This document shows positions 27,013 to 36,872 of a DNA stretch of 64,000 bases, in pieces. Source of the stretch: an uncultured delta proteobacterium (lineage in GTDB: Bacteria; Myxococcota_A; UBA9160; SMWR01); contig CAWHTE010000007.1 in assembly GCA_963832165.1 (NCBI GenBank), positions 160,001 to 224,000 on the forward strand, written 5' to 3'. Position 1 is the stretch's first letter, and the number at the start of each line of letters is the position of its first letter. Made by a program: the position numbers and the translations under genes. The notes under the pieces are model-generated. The model searched no databases and was not told the DNA's origin. It saw only the letters and a list, made by a program, of their open reading frames with translations.

Positions 27013-27992
27013 ACCACGTTCGAGAGCGGCTCGCCGCGCGCCCAGCGCTGCAGGTTGGCCAGGAAGAGCTCGGCCTGGCGAGCCTGGTTCCCCGCCGAGA
27101 GCGCCGCCGCATGCGGCGTCACGATCACGTTCGGCAGCGACCACAGCAAGGACTCCGCCGGTAGCGGCTCGCTCTCGAACACGTCGAGGTACGCACCCGC
27201 GATGCGGCCCGAGACGAGCTCCGCGGTGAGCGCGACCTCGTCGACGATCTCGCCCCGTGCGACGTTGATCACGTGGGCGCCGTCGGGGAGCAGTGCGAGC
27301 GCCGCGGCATCGATCCAGCCGCGCGTCTCGTCGCTGAGCGGACACGCGATCGCGAGCCAGTGCGCGCGGGGTAGCACGTCGCGCAGCTGCGCGGGCGCAA
27401 CGAGCTCGTCGGCGGGTGCTCCGGTGCGATTCGTGCTGCGTCGCACGCCGACGACGTGCAGACCCAGCGCGCGTCCGAGCCGGGCGATCTCGCCACCGAT
27501 GCCGCCGAGGCCCACCACCACGAGGGTCTGCCCGCCGAGATCCGCGGGTGACGCGACCGAACCCGGCTCGAGCCAGCGGCGCTCGCGCTGAGCGGCTCCG
27601 AAGCGCGGCAACCCGCGCGCGAGAGCGAGCAGCCCCGCGATCGCGCTATGCGCGATCGGAACCGCGCTCGCGCCCGGCGAATTGGTGAGGCGCACACCGC
27701 GCTCGAGCAGGCGCGCGAAGATCGGATGGTCGGTACCCGCGTTGAAACAGTGCATCCAGCGCAGCTTGTCGGCGGAGAGCGCCGCCGCGAAGAACGCGGC
27801 GGAATGGACCGGATACACGTCACCCGAGAAGTACGCGAGCTCGATGCGCTCGACCTCGCCGCGATCCAGCCGCGCCGCGGGATCTTCGGGCAACGCGATC
27901 GGCTCGAGCTCCGCACCGGTCTCGCGCGCGAGCGACGCGACCCGTGTGGCATAGCCGCGCAAGAAACCCGGACCGACGAGCAGCCCCGCCAC
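27009..27992 (-). CDS. D-2-hydroxyacid dehydrogenase family protein
   Basis: VVGLGGIGGEIA, INVARGEIVDE, AYLDVFESEPLP, VTPHAA. Start at GTG 27992 inferred. Confidence 0.88.
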   Translation of the reverse strand: MAGLLVGPGFLRGYATRVASLARETGAELEPIALPEDPAARLDRGEVERIELAYFSGDVYPVHSAAFFAAALSADKLRWMHCFNAGTDHPIFARLLERGVRLTNSPGASAVPIAHSAIAGLLALARGLPRFGAAQRERRWLEPGSVASPADLGGQTLVVVGLGGIGGEIARLGRALGLHVVGVRRSTNRTGAPADELVAPAQLRDVLPRAHWLAIACPLSDETRGWIDAAALALLPDGAHVINVARGEIVDEVALTAELVSGRIAGAYLDVFESEPLPAESLLWSLPNVIVTPHAAALSAGNQARQAELFLANLQRWARGEPLSNVV

Positions 27993-27996
27993 CCGA

Positions 27997-29799
27997 TCAG
28001 CTCTCGGGCGACTTGGCTTCGCGCAGCGCTTGGCGCTCCTGCGCGAGCTTCTTCGCCTTCGCGAGCGTCGGCGCCCGCAGCTTCGCTTCGAGCGCCTCGA
28101 GTATGGGCTTGGTTTCCGGCAGGTCACTCGCGGCGAGCCACGCATAGCCCTCGACGATGTTCGTGCTCGTGCCCTTCCCCTCGATGTAGGCCATTCCCAG
28201 CTTCACCTGTGCCTGCGGCTGCCCTTTCGCTGCAGCTCGCTTCCACCACTTCACGGCTTCGCGTGGGTTCGCCGTCAGCCCGCCGCGACCGTCGGCGTGA
28301 AAAATTCCCATGCTGTACTCGGCGATGGCATCCCCGCGTTCTGCCGCTCGCTCGAACAGCGTGCGCGCCGTAGCGTCGTCGGGCTCACCCACCATGCCCG
28401 AGGCGAGCAACGTGGCATACGAAACCTCGGCAGCCGGCTCACCCGCTTCGACCGCGGTGCGGAAGAGACGCAGCGCTTCCTTGGGGTCGGCCGCAACACC
28501 GGCACCCGACGCATACATCGTTCCGAGCGTGATGAGCGCGGGCGCGTAGTTCTTTTCTGCGGCCGCCTTCAGCATGCGCAGCGAAGCCTCGTCATCCTTC
28601 GGAACGCCGTTGCCGTGCGAATAGCGCACGGCCATCTCGGCCATCGCGACCGAGTCTCCGAGCTCGGCGCCGCGCTGGTAGAGCCGAACCGCTTCGGCCG
28701 GATCGGCCTCGACGCCGCGCCCCGCTGCGTACATCTTCGCGAGATTCGTGTGGGCGGGAGCGAAGCCCGCGTCGACGGATCGGCGATACCACTCGACCGC
28801 TTTGAGATCGTTGTTGTGGCGGCCCACCGCCGCCACGCGCTCGAGCTGTTCGGTCACGTCCGAGACGTGCTGGCCCCCGCCCCTCGTGTAGAAGGCGATC
28901 TGCTCGGCGGTCTCCTCGTCGGGGATCAGTCCCTGCGCGTACAGAACGCCGAGCTGATTCATCGACGCGGGCTGCTTCTGATCGGCAGCCAGGCGGTACC
29001 ACTTCGCGGCCTCGGCGGGGCTCGTGTCCACACCGCGCCCCATCTGATAGAAGAAGCCGAGAGACTCCTGAGCGGGCGCATAGCCCTGAGTCGCCGCACG
29101 TTCGAACCAGACGCGCGCCTGAACGTCGTCCTTCTCCACTCCGGTCCCGTTCGCGTAGCGATCGCCGAGCGCGTGCTCCGCCTCGGGTTGACCCGCCTCT
29201 GCGGCCACCGTCAGCCAGCGCAGCGTCGACTCGGCGTCGATCTCCGCAGCGCCCGCCGTACCCGCTCGCGCGAGCTCCAACGCCGCGTCAGCGTTGCCTT
29301 GTTCCGCGGCGCGCGTGAGCAGCGCAATCGCCTCGGCCTTCTTGCTCGGATCGCGCGCGAGAAGATGCGCCTGCGCGAGCTGGCCGCTCGGATCGCCCGC
29401 CTCGGCCGAGCGCGCGATCCACGTCGCGGCCTCGGTGGGGTCCCCGCCCGCAGCGAGCATCTGCTCGCCGAGTCGCGCCTGGGCACGCGCGTTGCCCGCC
29501 TCTGCGGCCGCACGCAGCCAGCGGTCGACGCGCGCCGCATCGTCCGGAGCCGCGCGCTCGCCGTAGAGCTCGACGAGCCGCATCTGGGCGGGAGCTGACC
29601 CGTTCTCGGCCGCCTTCTCGAGCCAGACGAACGCCTCGTCGAGATTGCGCTCGACGCCGTCGCCAGTCGCGAAGCGCTCACCGAGCGCTCGCTGCGCATC
29701 CGCAGATCCCAGCCGCGCTCGCCAGCGCGTGCGGTCGACTTCACTGCATGCGGCGCATGCGAGCAGCACGAGCACGAGTGCGAGTCGCAGCGAGTGCAT
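27997..29799 (-). CDS. Sel1-like repeat lipoprotein
   Basis: MHSLRLALVLVLLACAAC N-terminus; more than 10 Sel1 repeats (e.g. AQESLGFFYQMGRGVDTSPAEAAKWYRLAADQ). Confidence 0.9.
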   Translation of the reverse strand: MHSLRLALVLVLLACAACSEVDRTRWRARLGSADAQRALGERFATGDGVERNLDEAFVWLEKAAENGSAPAQMRLVELYGERAAPDDAARVDRWLRAAAEAGNARAQARLGEQMLAAGGDPTEAATWIARSAEAGDPSGQLAQAHLLARDPSKKAEAIALLTRAAEQGNADAALELARAGTAGAAEIDAESTLRWLTVAAEAGQPEAEHALGDRYANGTGVEKDDVQARVWFERAATQGYAPAQESLGFFYQMGRGVDTSPAEAAKWYRLAADQKQPASMNQLGVLYAQGLIPDEETAEQIAFYTRGGGQHVSDVTEQLERVAAVGRHNNDLKAVEWYRRSVDAGFAPAHTNLAKMYAAGRGVEADPAEAVRLYQRGAELGDSVAMAEMAVRYSHGNGVPKDDEASLRMLKAAAEKNYAPALITLGTMYASGAGVAADPKEALRLFRTAVEAGEPAAEVSYATLLASGMVGEPDDATARTLFERAAERGDAIAEYSMGIFHADGRGGLTANPREAVKWWKRAAAKGQPQAQVKLGMAYIEGKGTSTNIVEGYAWLAASDLPETKPILEALEAKLRAPTLAKAKKLAQERQALREAKSPES

Positions 29800-29876
29800 C
29801 GCCGCGGATCCTAGCTCTCCGACCGACCCCTGCCCCCGGAACCGCCGGGTGGTACGTTCGCCGCCCCGGAGCGATC

Positions 29877-30740
29877 GTGAAGTTCGTCCTTTCCGCCGCG
29901 TTCAATGATCCCGATCATCTGCTCGAGCTCGCCGTCTGCGCCGAAGAGTGCGGCTTCGAGGCGATGGCGTTCCCGGATCACGTCGTGCATCCGGAGCGGC
30001 TCGACACTCCCTACCCCTACACCGCGGACGGTTCACGTCGCTGGCAGGCATTCACACCCTGGGTGGATCCCTGGGTGGCGATCGGCGCCTGCGCCGCCGT
30101 GACCACGCGGCTGCGCTTCACGAACAACGTCTTCGTGCTCGCGATGCGCAACCCGTTCCTGGCCGCGAAGTCGATCGCCACCGCGGCGGTCCTGTCGCGT
30201 GGGCGGGTGACCGTTACTCTCGGCGTCGGCTGGTCGAACGTCGAGTACACGCTGCTCGGCCAGGACTTCCGCACGCGCGGCAAGCGCACCGACGAGATGA
30301 TCGAGGTGCTGCGCAAGCTCTGGACCGGCGAGATGATCTCGCACCAGGGCCCGTTCTATCGCTTCGACGCGCTCGAGTCGAACCCGAAGCCTCCCGCGCG
30401 GATCCCGATCTGGGCGGGCGGAATCTCCGACGCGGCACTGCGCCGCGCCGCGCGCAACGACGGCTGGCTCTCGGACCTGCAGACGACGGCCGAGATCGAG
30501 ACCTGCATCGACACGGTGCGCCGCTACCGCGCGGAGCAGGGACGTGCGGGCGAGCCGTTCGACGTGATGGCGAGCGCGAGCGATGCGTTCACGCTCGAGG
30601 GCTACCGGCGACTCGAGAAGATCGGCGTGACGCACGTGCTGACGCTGCCCTGGATCTTCAGCCACGGCGACACCAAGGTGCTGAGCGAGAAGAAGGATGG
30701 CATGCGCCGCTTCGCCGACGACGTGATCACAAAGGTTTGA
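29877..30740 (+). CDS. LLM-class (luciferase-like) probable F420-dependent oxidoreductase
   Basis: AFPDHVVHP, DPWVAIGACAAVTTRL, LSRGRVTVTLGVGW, RGKRTDEMIEVLRKLWTG. Confidence 0.88.
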   Translation: MKFVLSAAFNDPDHLLELAVCAEECGFEAMAFPDHVVHPERLDTPYPYTADGSRRWQAFTPWVDPWVAIGACAAVTTRLRFTNNVFVLAMRNPFLAAKSIATAAVLSRGRVTVTLGVGWSNVEYTLLGQDFRTRGKRTDEMIEVLRKLWTGEMISHQGPFYRFDALESNPKPPARIPIWAGGISDAALRRAARNDGWLSDLQTTAEIETCIDTVRRYRAEQGRAGEPFDVMASASDAFTLEGYRRLEKIGVTHVLTLPWIFSHGDTKVLSEKKDGMRRFADDVITKV

Positions 30741-30741
30741 G

Positions 30742-30819
30742 CAAGTCTCGCGAAGCGAGCCGAAGGCGAGCGAAGTCATAAGGAGTGTCTCGCGCAGCGA
30801 GCGAAGTCCATGAGGAGTG
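30742..30819 (+). repeat. Two tandem copies of the dispersed short repeat
   Basis: caagtctcgcgaagcgagccgaaggcgagcgaagtcataaggagt followed by gtctcgcgcagcgagcgaagtccatgaggagtg. Confidence 0.75.
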
Positions 30820-30828
30820 AGATCCACC

Positions 30829-31635
30829 ATGAGCGAGAGCGAACGCCATCCGGATGGCCAGATCAGCGTGGAACAGCGCGGCCGCATCCTGCTGATGGGC
30901 CTCGACCGGCCCGAGAAGTACAACGGACTGACACCCAAGATGATGCGCGAGCTCGGCCTCGCCTACACGCGACTCGACGAGGATCCCGAGCTCTGGGTGG
31001 GCGTGCTGTTCGGACACGGCAAACACTTCACGGCGGGCCTCGACCTCCCGAAGTGGACCGAGGGCATGAGAGACGCGGTCGCGCGGCGGGAACGCGACCG
31101 CAACGACCGCGTCGATCCGATGGCGCTCGCGCGCGCGTGCCGCAAGCCGATCGTCACCGCGGTGCACGGGATCACGTACACCGCGGGCATCGAGATGATG
31201 CTCGCGGGTGACATCGTGGTGGCCGCCGATGATTGCCGCTTCTCGCAGCTCGAGCCGAAGCGCGGGATCCATGCCACGGGTGGCGCCACGATCCGCTTCG
31301 TCGAGCGCGGGGGCTGGGGCAACGCGATGTATCACCTGCTCACCAGCGACGAGTTCAGTGCGGAAGAGGCGCGTCGGATCGGCCTCGTGCAGGAGATCGT
31401 GCCGCGCGGCGCCGAGCTCGCGCGCGCGCTCGAGCTCGCCGACCGGATCGCGGCAATGGCCCCGCGTGCGGTACAGGCGACGAAGGCATCGTCGCGCCGC
31501 TATCTCGACCACGGGTTCGCCGCCACCGTCGCCGCATTCGCGTCCGACCAGGCCGAGCTCGCCAACTCCGAGGACGCCCGCGAAGGAGTGGCCTCGTTCG
31601 TCGAGCGGCGCGATCCCAGATTCACGGGGCGCTAG
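30829..31635 (+). CDS. Crotonase/enoyl-CoA hydratase family protein
   Basis: LDRPEKYN, HFTAGLDL, TAGIEMMLAGD, QLEPKRGI. Confidence 0.9.
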   Translation: MSESERHPDGQISVEQRGRILLMGLDRPEKYNGLTPKMMRELGLAYTRLDEDPELWVGVLFGHGKHFTAGLDLPKWTEGMRDAVARRERDRNDRVDPMALARACRKPIVTAVHGITYTAGIEMMLAGDIVVAADDCRFSQLEPKRGIHATGGATIRFVERGGWGNAMYHLLTSDEFSAEEARRIGLVQEIVPRGAELARALELADRIAAMAPRAVQATKASSRRYLDHGFAATVAAFASDQAELANSEDAREGVASFVERRDPRFTGR

Positions 31636-31636
31636 G

Positions 31637-32482
31637 ATGGCGACCGTGAGTGAAGCCGACCTCGAACGCCCGCTCGGCGAGCTGCGCACTCAGGGATACA
31701 CGATCCTGGAGAACGCGATCGAGCCGGAACTCGTCGCCGCGCTCGTGGCGGCAATCCGGCGGATCGAGCAAGAGAGCGGTGCGGCGCCGCGCGGCAACCC
31801 GGCCGAGGGCTTCGCAACGCTGCGCACCTACAACCTGCTCGCGAAGGACCCGATCTTCCAGAAGATGCCCGTTCACCCGGCCGTGCTGCCGCTGGTCGAG
31901 CGCGTGCTCGATGCGGGCTGCCTGCTTTCGGGCCTGACCGCGATCGACATCGGCCCGGGCGAGCGCGCCCAGCCGGTGCATCCCGACGACCTCGTGATGA
32001 CGGTGCCGCGGCCCCACCCAGCGCTCATGTGCACGTCGCTCTGGGCGCTCACCGATTTCACCGACGCCAACGGCGCGACGCGCATCTTTCCGGGTACGCA
32101 CCTCGAGTCGGGCCGGCCGGACGGGCGCGAATCGATCCCCGCCGAGATGCGCGCGGGCAGCGTGCTCGTGATCGACGGCGGCCTCTGGCACGGCGGCGGC
32201 GCGAACACCACCGAGAACGAGTGGCGGATCGGCGTGAACGTCCAGTACTGCGCGGGCTTCTGCCGGCCGCAGCAGAACCAGTACCTCGGCATTCCGCGCG
32301 AGATCACGCGCACGTTCCCCGATCGGCTGCTCGAGCTGTGTGGATACAGCCTCTACAAGGGCATCATGGGACACATCGACGGGCAGAGCCCTGCGGTCGT
32401 GCTAGGCGACGGGCGGCTCGAAGAGCGCGCCTACGCATCGACGAAGCAGCTGGGCGCCCGGCGCACGCGCGCGGAGTACTGA
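31637..32482 (+). CDS. Phytanoyl-CoA dioxygenase (Fe/2OG) family protein
   Basis: QPVHPDD (HxD), WALTDFTDANGAT, LWHGGGAN. Confidence 0.88.
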   Translation: MATVSEADLERPLGELRTQGYTILENAIEPELVAALVAAIRRIEQESGAAPRGNPAEGFATLRTYNLLAKDPIFQKMPVHPAVLPLVERVLDAGCLLSGLTAIDIGPGERAQPVHPDDLVMTVPRPHPALMCTSLWALTDFTDANGATRIFPGTHLESGRPDGRESIPAEMRAGSVLVIDGGLWHGGGANTTENEWRIGVNVQYCAGFCRPQQNQYLGIPREITRTFPDRLLELCGYSLYKGIMGHIDGQSPAVVLGDGRLEERAYASTKQLGARRTRAEY

Positions 32483-32483
32483 C

Positions 32484-33728
32484 ATGGCAGAGCTCTTCTG
32501 GCGCAGTGAGCCCGAGGCGGCCCCCGAGTCGGTCGGGATGGATCCCGCCGTGCTCGACGCGCTCGTCGCGGAATTCGAAAAGACGGTGGAGAAGGGCGAG
32601 CTGTTCCACGGCGCGCAGCTCGCGGTGTACCGGCGCGGGGTCCGCGTACTCGAGGCCGGGGGCGGACTCGCGCGCGTGCGCACGCGCGTGCCCGTGACGC
32701 CCGAGTCGCTGTTCGTGATCTTCAGCGCCACCAAGGGCCTCGCGGGCCTCGCGATGCTCATGCTCTACGAGCGCGGGGCGTTCCACTACGACGAGCCGGT
32801 CGCAAAGTACTGGCCGGAGTTCGCGAGCGTGGTGCCCGAGAAGTGCCAGGTGACGATCCGCCACGTGATGAGCCACCGCGCCGGCTTCCCGCTCGGACCG
32901 AGATGGCTGAACGTGGATCACTGGGGGGATCGCGAGGCGATCCGGCGCGCGATGATCGAGATCCGGCTGCGCTTCACACCCGGCGAGAAGAACGCCTATC
33001 ACGCGATGAACTACGGGCACATGGTGAACGAGCTCGTCTCGCGGATCGACGGCCGCGACTGCGGCCGGTTCCTGCACGAGGAGGTGTTCGATCCGCTGGG
33101 CCTGCGAGACCTCTACGTGGGTCTGCCCGACGACGCGGCGCTCGAGGCGCGCGTCGCGTGGTGCTATCACGAGATCGTGCTGAACGCCGCGCGCGCGACG
33201 GGTGTGGCGGGACCGGAAGCAAGCGCGGCCGCGCTCGCGCTCGAGGCACCCGAGCTCACCGAGAAACGCGCGGTGCCTCCGCAGTATCGCGACACCCCCG
33301 AGCTCGCGCACGACTTCAACCGCCCCGAGACGCACCGCGCGGTGCTGCCCGCGGCGGGCGGAATCGCGACCGCGCGCGATCTCGCCGCGGTGTACGCCGT
33401 GCTCGCGCAGGGTGGAAGCGGCCGCGGCGTGTCACTCGTCTCCGCCGACGGCCTCGCACAGGTCACCGCGCCAACCAATCGGCCCGGCGACATCGACGGC
33501 ACGATCGGCTTCCCGCTGCGCTGGGGGCTCGGCTTCCACATGGGCACGCACGGGCGCGGCAGCACGCTGCGCACCTTCGGCCACGGCGGTGCGGGCGGTC
33601 AGATCGGCTTCGCCGACCCCGACCGCGAGCTCGCCTTCGCGTTCGTCACCAACGGCGAGCTCTCGCCGGACTTCGTGGTGTGGCGCTACCGGCTGCAGGG
33701 CCTCGCGTTCAAGGCCTGCATCGACTGA
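32484..33728 (+). CDS. Serine hydrolase, beta-lactamase-related (family VIII esterase-like)
   Basis: FSATK (SxxK), AYHA, FGHGGAGG. Confidence 0.88.
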   Translation: MAELFWRSEPEAAPESVGMDPAVLDALVAEFEKTVEKGELFHGAQLAVYRRGVRVLEAGGGLARVRTRVPVTPESLFVIFSATKGLAGLAMLMLYERGAFHYDEPVAKYWPEFASVVPEKCQVTIRHVMSHRAGFPLGPRWLNVDHWGDREAIRRAMIEIRLRFTPGEKNAYHAMNYGHMVNELVSRIDGRDCGRFLHEEVFDPLGLRDLYVGLPDDAALEARVAWCYHEIVLNAARATGVAGPEASAAALALEAPELTEKRAVPPQYRDTPELAHDFNRPETHRAVLPAAGGIATARDLAAVYAVLAQGGSGRGVSLVSADGLAQVTAPTNRPGDIDGTIGFPLRWGLGFHMGTHGRGSTLRTFGHGGAGGQIGFADPDRELAFAFVTNGELSPDFVVWRYRLQGLAFKACID

Positions 33729-33737
33729 CGATCGCGC

Positions 33738-34493
33738 TCAGCGCGCGGGACCGCGGCTCGCGAGCACCACGACCGCCCACGCGTACAGCGGCTCGATCTT
33801 GCGCGCGCGCGGCAGCTCGCGCACGAGCTCGGGGTCTTCGTAGCGCGGATCGTTCGTGGATCGGCCGGGATCGCCCGGCCCGGGTGCGGGCTGATCGGCC
33901 GGGGGAAGCGGCATGTGGGTGCGCCGCCGCGAGGTGAGCTCGTCCGTCTCGAAGCCGAGACCGACCCGCGCCCCCGGCGCGAGCGTCACACCCGCGAGCG
34001 TGCTGGTTCCCGAGAGCGGCGTGCCCAGCGCGATCCGGATCTCGTACGCAATCACGTCGGCGCGCGCGGCAGCCTGGACGTCGATCGGCCCTGCCGTGGA
34101 GCCGACGAGCTGTTCGCCGTATTCGGCCCCGCGCTGCACGATCTCGATGTAGGCGGGCGCGGTGGCCGTGGAGCCAGCCTGGAACGGCGCGACGCGGATG
34201 CCGATCTGCCGCGCTGCGCCGCCGGCGGGATCGATCCAGAGCGTGAAGCCCACGCGCTCGATCAGGGTCTGCACATCGAGATCACGCGTGACGAGGCAGA
34301 GGTAGAGGTTCGCGCCGTCGTTCGCGACGCCGAGCGCGACGCTGCGCTCTTCGTCGATGCGCGTGAATCGCCCCGACCACTCGGCGTAGGCGCCGTCGAC
34401 TGCGATCGGGTTCGCGGTCCATTCGCTCCGGAGCTCGGGCGAGTGAGCGCACGCGAGCCCGAAGATTCCTGCCGCGATCCAGGTCTTCCGCAT
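33738..34493 (-). CDS. Hypothetical lipoprotein
   Basis: MRKTWIAAGIFGLAC lipobox; IAVDGAYAEW, NDGANLYL, YEIRIAL resemble DOMON/CBM9-like folds. Confidence 0.65.
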   Translation of the reverse strand: MRKTWIAAGIFGLACAHSPELRSEWTANPIAVDGAYAEWSGRFTRIDEERSVALGVANDGANLYLCLVTRDLDVQTLIERVGFTLWIDPAGGAARQIGIRVAPFQAGSTATAPAYIEIVQRGAEYGEQLVGSTAGPIDVQAAARADVIAYEIRIALGTPLSGTSTLAGVTLAPGARVGLGFETDELTSRRRTHMPLPPADQPAPGPGDPGRSTNDPRYEDPELVRELPRARKIEPLYAWAVVVLASRGPAR

Positions 34494-34495
34494 CG

Positions 34496-35248
34496 TCAGC
34501 TCGCGGCCACGCCGCCGTCGATCGACAGGATCGACCCGTGCACGAAACGCGCCTCGTCCGAAGCGAGATAGGCGATCGCGCCCGCGACTTCCTCCGGCTG
34601 ACACATCCCGCGGTGGCCGACGTAGGGCTTTGCGAGCTTCCAGTTCATCTCCTTGGGAAAGTCGATCTTCTTGTTCAGCGGCGTGTCGACGCCGCCCGGC
34701 GCCACCGCGTTCACGCGCAGGCCCGTGAGCACGTACTCTGCGGCGAGCGATTTCGTGAGCTGCACGACGCCGCCCTTCGCAGCGCAGTAGGCGACGGTAT
34801 ACGCCTGGCCCATGAGCCCCGCGACCGAAGCCACGTTCACGATCGCGCCCTTGGTCTCGATCAGGTGCGGAATCGCGGCCTGACACGTGAACGCGACCGC
34901 CGAGAGGTTCAGCGCGATCAGGAAGTTCCAGTTCTCCTCGGGCATCTGCTCGAACATGTGGAACTGACTCGCGCCCGCGACGTTCGCGAGCACGTCGAGC
35001 CGGCCGTACGCCCCGGTGGCGGCGGCGACCGCGCCGAAGCAGTCGTTGCGGTGCGTGAGGTCGAAGCGGCCTCCCTGCATCTTCCCACCCGCGGCGGCGA
35101 TCGTGTCGGACGTGCGCGCGAGCCCGGCCTCGTCGATGTCGGCTCCGAACACGAGCGCACCCTCGCTCGCGAGCCGCACCGCCGTGGCCCTTCCGATGCC
35201 CGATGCAGCTCCCGTGATCAGTGCGACCTTACCGTCGAAGCGGCCCAT
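34496..35248 (-). CDS. SDR family oxidoreductase
   Basis: TGAASGIG, NVASVAG, YCAAK, VNAVAPG. Confidence 0.93.
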   Translation of the reverse strand: MGRFDGKVALITGAASGIGRATAVRLASEGALVFGADIDEAGLARTSDTIAAAGGKMQGGRFDLTHRNDCFGAVAAATGAYGRLDVLANVAGASQFHMFEQMPEENWNFLIALNLSAVAFTCQAAIPHLIETKGAIVNVASVAGLMGQAYTVAYCAAKGGVVQLTKSLAAEYVLTGLRVNAVAPGGVDTPLNKKIDFPKEMNWKLAKPYVGHRGMCQPEEVAGAIAYLASDEARFVHGSILSIDGGVAAS

Positions 35249-35302
35249 TTCCTGTTCCTCCTGCTCGCGATCGCGCGGGATGGTACCGTCCTCCGCGCTC
35301 CG

Positions 35303-36487
35303 ATGGTCGAATACCACCCGTTCAGCGATGCGATCTTCGACGACCCGTACCCGACCTACAAGCGGCTGCGCGACGAATCGCCGATCCACTACCTCGAAGA
35401 GTTCGACTGCTGGTTCGTGTCGCGCTTCGAGGACGTATGGAGCCTCGAGCAGGATCAGCGCAACCTGACCTCGAAGTTCGGCACCACCTCGACCCATCTC
35501 GTCACGAAACAGACGCCCATCTCACCGAACCTCTCGGGCCTCGATCCGCCGCAGCACGGGCCGGTGCGCTCGTACTTCAACCCCGCGTTCAAGCCCGGCG
35601 CCGTGGCCGCGCTCGAGCCGCGTGTACGCGCGTTTGCGCGCGAGGCGATCGACGCGGTGCGCGAGCGCGGCTCGGCAGACGCGGTGATCGAGCTCGGCGG
35701 ATACGTCGCGTCGCGCGTCGTGTGCACGATCCTCGGACTGCCGCTCGAAGACGCCGACCAGGTCCTGGCCTGGGTGAACACCTACTTCGAGCGCGAGCCC
35801 GGGCAGCGCGGCAGCACCCCGCGCGGGATCGAAGCCGCGAAAGAGTTCGCGATGTATCTGTTCCGCCTCTCGAAGGAGCTGCGTGCGCGCGGAGCACCCG
35901 AGGGCAGCGTGATGCACAAGCTGCACCACGTGGAGGTCGCGGGCGAGCGCGCCGACGACATGCGCGTCGCGGTGCATCTGAACATGCTCGCGATCGGCGG
36001 CAGCGAGACGTTCCCGAAGGTGTTCTCGGCGGCGCTGTGGCGCCTCGCGCAGAATCCCGATCAGCGCGCCGAATGCGTACGCGACCCGTCGCTCGTACCC
36101 GACGCGCTTCACGAGACGCTCCGCATCGACATGCCGACCCAGATGCTCGGGCGCACGATCTCGCAGGACTTCGAGATGCGCGGGAAGCAGCTGCGCGCGG
36201 GCAGCGGGGTGCTCTTCCTCTGGGGCTCCGCGAACCGCGACGAGCGCGAGTTCGCCGATCCCGACATCTTCGATCTGCGTCGCCGCGCGCCGCGCATCCT
36301 CTCATTCGGCCATGGCCAGCACATGTGCCTCGGCGCGCACGTCGCGCGGCTCGAAGGGCGCGTGCTGATCCAGGAAGTGCTGCGCGGCATGCCCGAATAC
36401 GAGATCGACGCGGCGGGCATCCAGCGCCTGCGCTCCGAGTTCTTCCGCGGCTTCGCGGCGCTGCCGATCCGTTTCGCGCCGTTCTAG
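35303..36487 (+). CDS. Cytochrome P450
   Basis: LDPPQH, GGSET, ETLR, SANRDE, FGHGQHMCLG. Confidence 0.95.
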   Translation: MVEYHPFSDAIFDDPYPTYKRLRDESPIHYLEEFDCWFVSRFEDVWSLEQDQRNLTSKFGTTSTHLVTKQTPISPNLSGLDPPQHGPVRSYFNPAFKPGAVAALEPRVRAFAREAIDAVRERGSADAVIELGGYVASRVVCTILGLPLEDADQVLAWVNTYFEREPGQRGSTPRGIEAAKEFAMYLFRLSKELRARGAPEGSVMHKLHHVEVAGERADDMRVAVHLNMLAIGGSETFPKVFSAALWRLAQNPDQRAECVRDPSLVPDALHETLRIDMPTQMLGRTISQDFEMRGKQLRAGSGVLFLWGSANRDEREFADPDIFDLRRRAPRILSFGHGQHMCLGAHVARLEGRVLIQEVLRGMPEYEIDAAGIQRLRSEFFRGFAALPIRFAPF

Positions 36488-36500
36488 CGCGGCGAACGAG

Positions 36501-36866
36501 TCACAGCTCGGGCGTGAAGGCGTCGACGAGCACGATGCCGTTCTCGACGCGCGCTGCGATCGGCTCGAGGCGATCGCCCGCGCACGGGCCCGCGATGCAG
36601 TAGCCGTCCTCGCGGCGGAAGATCGCGCCGTGCGTGGCGCAGACGATGTGCCGGCCCTCGCGGTCGAGGAAGTCGTTGGGGCGCAGATCGAGCGGCGTGC
36701 CGCGATGCGGACACCGGTTGCGATACGCGATCACGTCCGAGCCCGTGCGCAGCGCGATCACGCGCAGCGGACCTGCGCCGTCCGGGTCGGGCAGCACGAG
36801 CCCCTTCGCGCCGCCGTCGGGGATGTCCTCGAGGCGGCAGATCGGGCTCTCGAAGATGACCTCCAT
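36501..36866 (-). CDS. Rieske [2Fe-2S] ferredoxin
   Basis: NRCPH...IVCATHGA. Confidence 0.9.
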   Translation of the reverse strand: MEVIFESPICRLEDIPDGGAKGLVLPDPDGAGPLRVIALRTGSDVIAYRNRCPHRGTPLDLRPNDFLDREGRHIVCATHGAIFRREDGYCIAGPCAGDRLEPIAARVENGIVLVDAFTPEL

Positions 36867-36872
36867 CGCGCG

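Noticed and set aside
30742..30819. Intergenic direct repeat as a mini-CRISPR or tRNA
   Set aside because: Only two degenerate copies with no unique spacer and no cloverleaf; it matches the dispersed repeat instead.
32484..33728. Beta-lactamase / antibiotic resistance gene
   Set aside because: No signal peptide; motifs and catabolic context fit a family VIII esterase-like hydrolase.
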